This document shows, piece by piece, positions 1 through 10,991 of a stretch of DNA of 54,903 nucleotides. The stretch is taken from assembly GCA_001275005.1 (NCBI GenBank), contig JWZX01003338.1, positions 1 through 54,903 of the forward strand, read 5' to 3'. The notes beneath the pieces are model-generated. The model did not search any database, was not told where the DNA came from, and saw only the letters and a program-made list of their open reading frames with translations. Positions within the stretch are counted from its first letter, which is position 1; every line of letters starts with the position of its first letter. Origin of the DNA: Chrysochromulina tobinii. Taxonomy: Eukaryota. Both the position numbers and the translations under genes were made by a program.

Positions 1-1638
1 GTGGTACTGCTGCTGCTAGCGGTGCGCTCGCTGAACCGGGTCTCGCTGCTCGTGCACGACTCGGGCGCTCGCGTGGATGAGCTCTCGACGGTCACCGTCG
101 CCGACCTCATCGAGTCGGTCATGTCCCCTGGCTCACCTTTCGCCATACCATCGATTGAGGCTCTCGCATCCGTGCCCGAGCTCGCCACGAAAACCGCCAT
201 CCTCGCGTGCCCCTTCCGCTTCGACCGTTTCGCATTGGGCGAGTCGAACGTGAAGCAGCTCGAGACATACTTCCAGCTCAGGGTGAGCGACGGGTCGGTG
301 GCTACCGGTAATGCTACCGAGGCCACGCGTACCCGTGCCGCGCAGCTCCTTCTCGTCTCATGCTTGGGCGAGTTCGCGCCCGAGCTGCAGCGAGCTGTCG
401 CCGCGATCCCGCCCTCGCGCAATAGTTCCGAGGGGGGATCCACGCCCTCCGATTCCAAGCGCACGGCAATCGCCTTCCTGCAGCTTGTTCACAGCGCCGT
501 CGATGCGCTGCAGACGGTGGGCGAAACCAGCGCCCCAAGCCCGTCGCCGCTGCAGGCGAGCTCAGCCCGGAATTCACGCAGCATTGGTGGCGGCATGGAC
601 GGCAGCAGCCATGGACCCGGCGGCAGCCTGGGCGGGAGCGTGGGTGAAGGCGACCTGACCAAGTTAGTAAGCAAGCAGGCGCAAGCCGCAATGAAGCAAT
701 TCCTGCGTGCGGCTGAGGGCAACATACGCAAGGAAATGGAGGAGCTTCCGAGCTCCTTTTCGAACTCTTTATCAGGAAGATTATCACGTACGAATTCAAG
801 GAGCTTCAGTAAGGGAGGTTCAGGATGCTTCTCGCCACTTATGCCGAGTACGAGCCCCACGGCCTCGCTGTCGACGGCCGATTCCTCGCTCAAAGCTGTG
901 AGCGAAGACGTGTCGATGCGCGAGGAGCAGGAGCAGGAGCAGGAGCAGGAGGGTGCGCTCTCGACCGCCTTCGTGCGCCTGTACTGCATGCTGCGGTGGC
1001 GGCCGGGCGCGGCGCGACATCTGCAGCTCGCCATTGAGGGCCTGAGCGACGGCGACTGGGGCATCTTGCAGCGTGAGCTGGCGACCGACGCTGAGGGTTC
1101 TACCTCGGTGCTCCCTGCGCGCCGTTCTCAGTTGGTGCTCCTTGACGCATGCCGCATACTGCAGGCCACTGATGAGTGCTCATCGTCAGCGTTGACGGAG
1201 GAGCTCGGTGTCATCATCGGTACCGAGGCACTACCCTCCGCCACCGCGAACGGCCAGCACGACGAGATGCGCGCCACCGCTCTCCGCGTAGGTCTTGAGT
1301 GCCTCGCACAGCTGCTTCTCGTGGTTCGCTCGTCCGTGTCGGAGGAGGATATGACGGCTGACTTTCCTTACGAAGTCTTTTGCGGCAACGCGCTGCGCGT
1401 GGCGTACACGGAGCGGGCGGCCGCGCTGCGCGAAAAGAGGTCCCTGCGCCCGAAGCCAGATTTGAGCTGTCCGGAAGCTCACGTGAGCTGCGGCGCAGAG
1501 ATGACGCTGCCGACCCAGCTGGAGCTGCTCAAGGCGGCGCGCTTCTGCGTGCTGTGCGCCAATCCGCACTACGCTCACCTGGGTCTCGAACCGCCCACGG
1601 ATCGCTCATCCGACTCCGCACTTGTGCACTGGATTTGA
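1..1638 (+). CDS. 3' part of a hypothetical protein, open from the window edge, with Ser/Gly-rich linkers
   Basis: 545-codon stop-free frame from base 1 to TGA at 1636-1638 with GC3-rich codons; no recognisable motif. Confidence 0.7.
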   Translation: MVLLLLAVRSLNRVSLLVHDSGARVDELSTVTVADLIESVMSPGSPFAIPSIEALASVPELATKTAILACPFRFDRFALGESNVKQLETYFQLRVSDGSVATGNATEATRTRAAQLLLVSCLGEFAPELQRAVAAIPPSRNSSEGGSTPSDSKRTAIAFLQLVHSAVDALQTVGETSAPSPSPLQASSARNSRSIGGGMDGSSHGPGGSLGGSVGEGDLTKLVSKQAQAAMKQFLRAAEGNIRKEMEELPSSFSNSLSGRLSRTNSRSFSKGGSGCFSPLMPSTSPTASLSTADSSLKAVSEDVSMREEQEQEQEQEGALSTAFVRLYCMLRWRPGAARHLQLAIEGLSDGDWGILQRELATDAEGSTSVLPARRSQLVLLDACRILQATDECSSSALTEELGVIIGTEALPSATANGQHDEMRATALRVGLECLAQLLLVVRSSVSEEDMTADFPYEVFCGNALRVAYTERAAALREKRSLRPKPDLSCPEAHVSCGAEMTLPTQLELLKAARFCVLCANPHYAHLGLEPPTDRSSDSALVHWI

Positions 1639-1910
1639 AAATCGGGTGGCGGGAACAGGGGAAATAGTGTTCTCGTTTTCACAAATACAAGCATGAAACT
1701 CTACTGATGTCGCGGACACGCATGCATCGGGATACTAAATGACCTTGCCAATTTCGTTGCTCGCGCTCCCCGCCAGCATGATGCGACATGGCGGCCGCAC
1801 TTACTCAGCGTGGGAGACGACAGAGGCGGGCCGTGTCACGGAGCTCCACGCGCGTGAATATGAGGACCACCAGCGCGTCGGTTGGCACGCGGCCCCTCGA
1901 GGCAATTTGC

Positions 1911-2648
1911 TCACCTGCCGTTCGGCGTCACGTGGACCATTGGGTGAGTCTGAAAGTTGTGCGTCGGGTGGCGGAGCTGTCGCGCTCTCTGAAGGATCTC
2001 GGGTTTGCCCTGCTTCAGGTAGACCGCGCCGCAGCAGACCACACACAGGTCAAACAGACCGCCCTGCTCCTCGCGGCACTCGGCGCAATGATAGTAACGA
2101 TTGACCACGTCACCGCAGAGGTCGCATGAGGCTGTGCTGCCTGGCAGCGGATACTCGGCCTCGCCATGAGCCTCCGGCTCCTGTGTCTGCATCATCATCA
2201 TCATCTGTCGTTGCTGTTGCTGTTGCTGCTGTTGCGGTGGCACGCGCATCGGCCCGTTGCCGGTCTCACGGCTCGGCCCGTCTATTCCAGGGGCGAATTT
2301 CGCGTGCTTGCCGCCGAACTCGGGTCGCGCGGGCGGTAACTCGTTACGCGCCTGCCCCTGGTTGTACGCCGCCTGTGTTGCGTCGTACACCGCCTGGCCC
2401 TTGAAGGTGCCCTGCAACTGGTTTGCGTCCCACGCCAAGTGGCCTTGGCCGAGTGCCCCCTTCATCCCGTTGCCGCTCTCGCGCTCGCGGTAAATCTTCG
2501 ATTGGCGCACGACGGGGCGTTCGCCCAGCTTGTTGTCACGCTCTATGCTGCTCGCCGGCGATCCGAAGGTCATGCGGGGCGGCATGTCGTGTTTCTCGAC
2601 GTCAACTCTCTCGGCGAGCCGAAAATTGCTGCCGTCCGTCGACGTCAT
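1911..2648 (-). CDS. Protein with a C-terminal ZZ-type zinc finger and a polyQ/polyM tract
   Basis: First ATG at 2648 (MTSTDGSNF). The C-terminus CDLCGDVVNRYYHCAEC...FDLCVVCC...HPTH...THPM fits the ZZ pattern (CxxC, YxCxxC, FDLCxxC, His ligands). Confidence 0.75.
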   Translation of the reverse strand: MTSTDGSNFRLAERVDVEKHDMPPRMTFGSPASSIERDNKLGERPVVRQSKIYRERESGNGMKGALGQGHLAWDANQLQGTFKGQAVYDATQAAYNQGQARNELPPARPEFGGKHAKFAPGIDGPSRETGNGPMRVPPQQQQQQQQRQMMMMMQTQEPEAHGEAEYPLPGSTASCDLCGDVVNRYYHCAECREEQGGLFDLCVVCCGAVYLKQGKPEILQRARQLRHPTHNFQTHPMVHVTPNGR

Positions 2649-2881
2649 CACGTTCAATCAACGCAGTTTGGCGCTGTGAGTTACACGTACAAGAGGAAAG
2701 CGTTTTGAAGGAACCGCGTTTCCCGTGCCCTTTTCAGATGAAAGCCGATTTTTGCTCTGATGTTTTGCGGCGTCGCGCATCTCGAATTTTTGCGATTCCA
2801 CAGAAGGGCATCGGTCCAAACGCCCCTTCTAGAGGCGAGAGAAAAAAATTTGAGACCGGACCGGGCGTCTTGCCGATCAAC

Positions 2882-5800
2882 ATGGCACCTAAACGGAGCT
2901 CATCGCCAGCTCCATCGAAAAAGAAGGACAACGCCTCTCCCGCGCCTGTGCGTCCGCCCGCCACTGGCAAGGTGCGCAGCCATTCGGCGCCCCGCTTCGC
3001 TGCGGCCGCTCCGCTGAGAGCTGTGTCCGATGGGCCATTGACTCAAGTGGCCTCGCGCCCGTACCGCCGAGCGTGCGCGCGCTCTGACGTGCTCCTCCTC
3101 CCTCCCCCGCGTGCATAGGGCGGCGACAAATCCTCGCGCTCGTCGTCGCCGCTTCCCGAGAAGCCCGACAAGGCCGACAAGAAGAAGTCTTCCGTCGTCG
3201 GGGCAGCGCCCGAGGTGAAGAAAATGAAGTCAGCGGGCTCATCGAACGATCTTGAGGACATGGACGACATGTCGTCGCCGCTGACGCTCGGCGAGGGTGC
3301 GCGCGTGAAGGCATGGGTCAAGATGGCCGCCGGCGCGAGCTCAGGCGTCGATGCCGAGGACGCGATCTGCGTGCGCTCGGAGGTGGCCGAGGGAGGCGCC
3401 GTCGTCGTGTACGCGCTGGACGGCGCCGGCCGCAAGATGCAGACGGCGGTGGTGGATGGCGTGATCTCGGACTCGGAGCCGCTCGCCGCCAAGAACGCCG
3501 ACATGCTCTCCCCGCTCGTCGATAATGTGATGTGCGAGCCTGACCTGAAGATCAGCTGCCTGTTGTGCTACGGCGAAGACGGCACCGGCCTGTCGGAAGC
3601 AATGACGGGCAATCAGAGCCTGGTGACGCAGACGGCGCAAAAGATGCTCGCGCAGACTGCGGGCGCAGGCGCGAACTGCACCGTCTACCTCGGCGTCACC
3701 CTCATCGCCATGGAGCTTCTCTTCGACTTGCTCGAGCCCTCCAGCGGCCGCGAGATGGAGATCACCGAGACGCAGTTCGCCGGCGTCACCATCCACGGCG
3801 GACACTGGCAGTCGCTGAGCTCGGCGGCAGCCGTTGGCCCGCTGCTCGCCAAGGCGAGCGCCAACCGCGAGTCCACGATGGCCTCCCTGGGCGGCGGTCT
3901 TTCGCAGCGCAGCTGCACCGTGTACTCTCTGCGCTGGGGCGCGACCGACGGTTCCGCATATGGAAACTCGATCATCATCGTGGAACTCGCCGCACCGCCA
4001 ATTGTGCGCGCATCGGGCGTTCCCGGCCTCAACCTGGACGACTACTGCTCCATCAACACCTCGCTCAAGACGTTGACCAAGTGCCTCACCGCCATGGGCT
4101 CGAAGAAGAAGGCAGCCACGCCCCCGCTGCGCGACTCGCGCCTCACGCACGCCCTCGGCCTCGTGCTCGGCGACGACACCGCCCTGCTGCACGCGCTGGT
4201 CTTCGTGCCGGCGCGCCGTGGCAAGCGCGCCGAGGCGTGCGCCGCTCTCGGCTGGGCGAGCAAGGCGAGCGCCGCGCGCCTCAAGAAGGAAGTGTACTCG
4301 TCGGCCTCGTCCAAGGCCCTGGTGAGCTCGCTACAAGGCGTGGTGGCCTCCCTCGAGGAGCCTGGGCCCGAGATGGAGTCGGAGATGCGTGACCAGATGA
4401 AGCCGAAGCCGGAGGCGCTCGCGCAGCTCAAGGCGGCCGCCGAGCAGAAGCGCGGGGTCCTCTCGGAGGTCGAGGCCGAGCTCCGAGCGTCGAAGGCCAA
4501 GGTCGACGACGCCAAGGCGCGCAACCAGGCCGCCAAGAGCGAGCGTGTCAAGGAGCAGCAGGAGGTCAAGGACGCCATCCAGGACCTCAAGCAGCAGGAG
4601 GAGGGCGTCCGGAGCGGCAAGGAGCTGCAGAAGGCCATGGACACTCTCAAGAAGAGCATCACCGAGGACAAAGCCGAGATGCGCCGCCAGCTCGAGGAGC
4701 TCGAGCAAAAGGTCACAGATGCCAAGGCCGACCTCGTCGGCATCGGCGCGCAGACCGACAAGCTCGACGATGGCGCGCCGGGCATGTGCGACGCGCTCAT
4801 CGAGAAGGGGCGCATGTACGTCGACGACGGCAAGAACAAGTACGCCTCGCTCATGTTCATGAGCGCGATCAAGCTGATGGAGTCGATCGGCCTCGGGCGC
4901 TCAGCGTTCGTGGTGCCGCCCGTCTCGGCGCTCGCCGACCTGTACTCCGCCGAGGGCATGGATGAGGAGGCGATCGCTCTCTACAAGCAGGCGTACTCGA
5001 TCGAGAAGGACTCGAGTGGCCCCGATGCGCCCGCGCTCGCGCGCCACCTGCAGAAGCTCGGTGCCGCGTATGAGAAGCAGGGCAAGATGGAGGCGGCCAC
5101 GCTCACGCTCGAGGAGGCGGGCTCGGTGCTCGAGCACGCGCACGGCCCCGACCACCCTGAAGTGATCGCGATCCGCGAGCAGCTCGCGTTGCTCATCGAG
5201 CCCGAGGAGGAGGAGGAGGAGGAGCTCGAGGACGACGAGATCGACGTGGAGCCCTCGGGCGACGCACCGCATCATATGGACCGAATGTCGGAGATGCCGA
5301 GCGGCGGCGTGCTCGAGTCGAAACACTCGGACCTCGCCTCGCCGCGCTCGGCGCAGGCCGCGCAGGCGATGGCCGAGGAGGCTGGCAAGAAGGGCGATGC
5401 CAAGAAGCCCGCCAAGGCCGGCGCCAAGCCCAAGAAGGGTGACAAGACCGACAAGGAGGCCAAGGAAGAGGTAACTACCAAGGGCGCGAAGCCCAAGAAG
5501 GGTGCCAAGGGCGACAAGGCTGCCAAGGAGAACAAGGAGGGCGACGCCAAGCCAAAGAAGGGCAAGAAGAGTGCCGCCGCAACCGGCGACGCGGATGGCG
5601 AGGAGGCGGTCGCCATCAGGCCGCAAGGCGCCGTCAAGCAGTCGATCGTTGCGGGCGCTGACGAAGCGACGGTCCAAAAGTTTTCGTCGCAGCGCATGAA
5701 GGAGCGCGTCAAGGCACGGATGAAGCGCGTGAACGAGGAGGAGGAGGGCAGCTCAAAGCAGCTCTCGCTCTCGCTCGGCTTGCCGCCGTCGCTCCCTCCG

Positions 5801-8800
5801 CCTTCGGAGCGCGACAACACGCCGGACAACGCGTCCGACCTTCCGGAGTCTCTCCAGAAGAAGCGCGACCTGTTCCGCGCTCGAATGGCGTCGCACAAGG
5901 CTTCGCAGGAGTCGCGCGAGGCCATCAAGGCGAGCCGCGCCGAGCGCGAGGGCCAATGGCGGCGTCGGCGCGAGGACGAGGACGAGGACGAGGACGACGA
6001 GGAGGAGGAGGAAGAGGAGGAGGGCGAGGAGGAGGAGTTCGGCGAGGAGGATGCAGACGGCTCCGAGCTCACCATGATCGAGTCCGAGCTCTTCGAGATC
6101 ATGGGCTCGGCGAACAAGTCGGCGCAAAAGGAGGACTGGGCGGACGTGCTCGACCAGTCGGCGAAGCTCGAGGGCCACCTGACCCGCGCCAAGGGCAAGG
6201 TGGCCGCGTGCGCGACCGCGGCGCGCGTGCTGCTCAACACAGGCCTTCGCCACTCGAGCGACATTACGGACGAGCCGCGCGTGCGCTCCATCCTCGGATG
6301 CCTGATGATCGTCGAGTGGTGCGTGCCCACGTGCCCCGAGGCCTTCCGCCAGGCCATCGCGTCCGACCGGTGGGTGCGCAAGCTCGTCTCGCTCTGCGGC
6401 AAGGACCAGTCCGATCAACTCCTCGTGCGCACGACGACCATGCAGCTGCTCGCCAACTGGGCGCAGTGGTATGGCTCGCAGCCCGCATGCGCCGGCTTCG
6501 AGAAGGCGCTCGAGATGCTCGAGAACGAGGGGTTCGAGCCGCCGGAGGCCGCGTCGCGCGATTCCGACGAGCTCGAGATGACGGCACGCCAGGCGACCGC
6601 TCGCGAGTTCAACCCGCTCGGCAAGGGCGCGCTCGGCGTGCCTGGCCTGCAGCTCCAGCTCCAGCTGCCCCTCGCAGGCTCGCATCTGGGCTCGCACTTG
6701 GGCAACAACAACTCCAAGATCGCCACGGAACTCGACATTATGCGCGAGGACGTGCGCACGCTCGAAACGGCGCTTGTCAAGCTGGGCGCCAACGGCGAGG
6801 GCAAGCTCAACGCCATCGAGCTCGCGGACGCCGTGCAGGCGGCCACCGATACGCGGGGTTGGCAGTCGCGACTCACCATGCTCCTCGACGAGCTGCCGAC
6901 TGACGGAACCGCCGGCACCCACCGCGGCGAGGTCTTCCCTGAGAAGACGAAGAAGGAGATGCACGCCCTGCTCGAGCAAATCACGGACCTGCTCGCCAAG
7001 TGGTCGATCGCCGCTCCGCGCGAGCGAAGGGGACGCTCGACCATCCAGGGAGCATGGTCGACTCCCTCCGAGGAGGCAGAGCGCAAGGTCGGCAAGAAGC
7101 CGACGGTCGCGGAGATCAAGGCGTCGGGCTCCATCGGCGGCGTGGCGCTGCCCTCGTTGTTCACGCCGCGCGACCTGAACAAGATTGGTCTCACTGCGGC
7201 GGGCCAGCTCAAGGAGGGAGAGAAGCTCGCCACCCCGCGCAACCCGCAATTCTTCGTGAGCAACCCGAAGCTGCTCACCGCGCGCGGCCCACTCCAGGTG
7301 CCTCCGGAGATGGCCGCGCAGCTCTCTTCGCGTGGGGGGCTCAAGCCGCTCGCCTCGCACCGGCAAGCGATGGGCAACGGCGCCGCCGCGACCACCAACC
7401 TCGCGTCCAACCGCAACAAGAGCCGCGTGCCCGGCGGCGACTCGGCGCGCTCGGCGCGCACTGGGTTCGCCACCATGGAGGACCCCCCCGATGCCCGGGA
7501 TGGTCAAGGTGCCCTCCCTCTCGCTGCCCACCGAGCAGCTGCCGCACCTCGACCTCGCCATTGCATCCAACCGCACCAACCGTAACGGCACGAACCGCAC
7601 GGCGCGCCCGGAGACGGCGGCGCCCAGCTCGTTTGGCGACGACGATGACGTCTTCGGCCGCGACATGCACTCGCTCTCATACCTCGACCTCGCGCTGCCT
7701 GGCCGCGGTGGTAAGATGATGTTCGAGGGCGAGCCTGACTTTTTCGCCTCGGGCTTCATGGACGACTCGCTCTTCTACGTGGATCAAGACCCGTCCGCGG
7801 GGCTCGACGCGCAGCTCGCCGAGCTCTCGCTGCTCCTCGGCGGCGATGCGTGGAACGCGCCCCAGTTCCTGCAGGAGATGCTCATGCTCCAGATGCAGGC
7901 CGAGGCGTGGCGCATGCAATGGTCCGTCGCGATGCAGGAGAATGAGGAGCTGCGTACCCAGCTGTACGACACGCGCAACTCGCTCGAGGCCGCGGGCGGC
8001 GGCGGCTCCGGCGGTGAGCACTGGCGCGAGCTGTGCATCTCGATTGCCAAGTCGGCCGAGGACGAGAAGGGCACGATCCTCGAGCAGATCCGCGTGATGC
8101 GCGACGACATCGACGTGGTTGAGATTGTCGATTCGGAGCGCAAGGAGGCCCTCGACGAGCTCATGGAGGCCGCTGAAGAGTCGCGCCGCGCTGCGGATGA
8201 ATGGTCGGCCAAAGCGAACGAGGTGATCAAGAAGCGCAACGAGCTCAACGCGGCGCTCTACCAGGCGGACGCGGCGGCGGCCGACCAGGAGGCTGACGTG
8301 GAGGCGCAGACTCTCTCCCTCGAGGAGCAGGCACGCAAGGCGCAACTGGCCGAGGAGGAGGCGGAGGCGCTCCTGCAGAAGCTCGAGGAGGAGGAGCTTG
8401 CCTTTGAGGCGACGCTGCGCGAGCTCGAAGAGGAGCACAAGGAGGCCGTGCAGAGCCTCGCGGCCGACGCGTCGAACAACGACGACGACGTGCAGCAGGC
8501 GTCCGCTGCGATGAACCAGTGGCGCACGCAGTGGGAGGAGGAGCTGACGGAGAAGAACTCAATCGACGCCGAGCTGCTCACGCTGCGCTCTGAGTTCCAG
8601 AAATCGTCGGCCACGTATGAGCGCGAGATCGAGGGGCTCAAGGAGCTCCTCGGCAAGGAGAAGCAGCTGCGCAAGGAGATGGGCGCGAGCCTCGAGACGG
8701 AGGAGGCGGAGCTCGAGCGGAGCGCGGCGCTGCTCGAGCAGCAGAGGGAGCAGGTCAACTCACAGCAGGAGGGCAAGCTGAGGGAGGCCCAAAAGTCGTC

Positions 8801-10991
8801 CGAGACCGAGGCCCAGTTGAGCGCCATCAAGGCGGAAGAGGAGGCGGCGCGCGCGCGCTGGGAAGAGGCGCTCAAGGCTTCGAAGCTCGCCCAGGGCGAA
8901 GCCGACGCGATTCGCGCCGCCGCGGGCGGCGAGGCGGGCAGTGTGCAAGAGCAGATCGCAAGCTTGCGTGCCCAGCTCGAGGAGGCCATGTCAGAGGCGG
9001 CCAAATACGAGGGCGTGCAGGCCAAGCTCGACGAGACGCTCGCGATGGCACAGTCGCTCAAGGCGGAGGCCGCCGCGCTGCGTGCGCAGACCGATCAGGA
9101 AGCGGCGTCGGCCTCTTCCGAGCACTCGGTTCTGCAGGAAGCGCTCAGCGACGCCAAGTCGGCGGACGTCAAGTGGGCGCAGGAGCAGGCGCTGCAGGTG
9201 ACCGCCAAGGCAAACCTGGTCGATGAGGTGAATGCACTCAAGCGCGAGGCCAAGGAACTCACCGACGCGCACAACACCGAGGTGGAGCGCCTGCGAGATC
9301 GCCTGGGCCAACTGGAGCGCGTGCACGACACGCTCGACGCGACGCTTGCCGAGGAGGAGGCGGCTCATGAACAGGCCGTCAAGGAGAAGAAAGACTCGCA
9401 GGGGGGTGCCCAGGCCTCCAAGGCGGCGGCCATCGCCGAGATCGTCGCGCAGCACGAGGCGGTACGCTCTGAACTAGCCGATGTGCGCACGAAGCTCACG
9501 CAGGAGCAGCGCGAGCGTACGGCGGCAGAGGAGAAGATGAAGGAGGCACGCGAGCAGGCAGAGGCCAAGAGTGGCGACGCCGAGGAGCGCGAGAAGCGGC
9601 TCACGCAGGCGCTCGCGGGGCTTCGCGGCGAGCGCGCGCGCATCGAGAAGGAGGCGTCCGCCGAAAAGGCGCGCTTCGAGCAGCTCATCGCGGGGCTCAC
9701 GGGCGAGAACGAGGAGACGCGACGCAAGCAAAAAGAGGCTGAGGAGCGCGGCGTCGAGTTCGAGAAGCAGTGGGTGAGCGAGTCCAAACTGCGCAAGGAG
9801 CTGCATAACCAGCTCGAGGAGATGGTGGGCAACCTGCGCGTGTACTGCCGTGTGCGTCCCGCCAAGGGCGACGAGAAGGGCTTGCCGATGTCGGTCGAGG
9901 TGAAGGGCTCGGACACTGTCATCGTCACGGACTACGAAGATGACAAGAAGGAGCCGAGGAAGTTTACGTTCACGCAGGTGTACGGCGGCGACTCAAAGCA
10001 GGAGGACGTTTTCAAGGGCTGTGAGTCGCTCATGACTTCGGTGCTCGACGGCTTCAACGTGTGCATCTTCGCTTACGGCCAGTCCGGCACGGGCAAGACC
10101 TTCACGATGAACGGCACCGACGAATTACCGGGCCTCGTGCCGCGGGCGATGTCCAAGATCTTCGATCTCGTGGCTGAGCGCGTGGACAACTACCAGCACG
10201 AGTGCTTCATCTCGATGATAGAGATCTACAACGAGTCAATCCGCGATCTGCTGCGCGACCCGAAGGTGGATGTGTCCAAGCTCAAGTACGACATCATGCG
10301 CGATCAGCTCATGGGCATGTACGTCAAGGACCTCACCTCTGAGCAGTGCCACACCGCCTCGCATGCCAAGAAGCTCATCACACAGGGCGACAAGAATCGC
10401 TCTGTCGCGTCCACCGGGCTGAACGACGTCTCCTCGCGCTCGCACATGGTGGTAACGCTCACCATCCGCACCAAGAACCTCAAGGCAGGCGACACGTACG
10501 TGGGCAAGCTCTCGCTCGTCGACCTCGCAGGCTCCGAGCGTCTCTCCAAGTCGAATACGACCGGCCAGGCGCAAAAAGAGTCGATGGCGATCAACAAGTC
10601 GCTCTCAGCGCTCGGCACCGTGATCGCGTCGCTCGCGACCAACGAGAAGCACGTGCCTTACCGCGACTCGAAGCTCACGTACCTGTTGCAGGACTCGCTC
10701 GGTGGTAACTCGAAGACGCTCATGTTCGTCAACTGCGGCCCGGCGCAGCAGAACTGCGCTGAGACGAAGAACTCCCTCGACTTTGCTTCGCGCGCCAAGA
10801 CGGTAGCCCTCGGTAAGGCGACCAAGAACCGCACCGAGGACGATGAAGGCGGTGCTGGCGACAAGGCGGGCAAGGCGTCCACCGTCATGGCGGCCGCCAC
10901 CAAACTTGGCAGTGACCATGCGGCCGCGCCATCCGCCGAAGCGCCCAAGGCCTCGGCACGCGGCAAGCCGGCCGCCAAGCCGAAAAAGTAA
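2882..10991 (+). CDS. Giant kinesin-14 family protein (~2650 aa reconstructed): degenerate motor, coiled coil, TPR, VHS, GAT, coiled coil, kinesin-14 motor
   Basis: Exon 1 is 2882-2971, followed by a GTGCGC...TAG intron at 2972-3118 (CTGAC branch-like site). Exon 2 from 3119 is in frame with ORF 3215-7585. The frame changes near the C7 run at 7483-7489 into ORF 7332-10991. The C-terminal motor has the neck LRKELHNQLEEMVGNLRVYCRVRP, P-loop GQSGTGKT, SSRSH, DLAGSER and HVPYRDSKLT. Confidence 0.8.

Noticed and set aside
5753..7759. 668-aa minus-strand ORF and other long antisense ORFs (e.g. 4042-4959, 35126-36766, 53002-54354)
   Set aside because: These are shadow frames of GC3-rich sense genes, with no motifs of their own.
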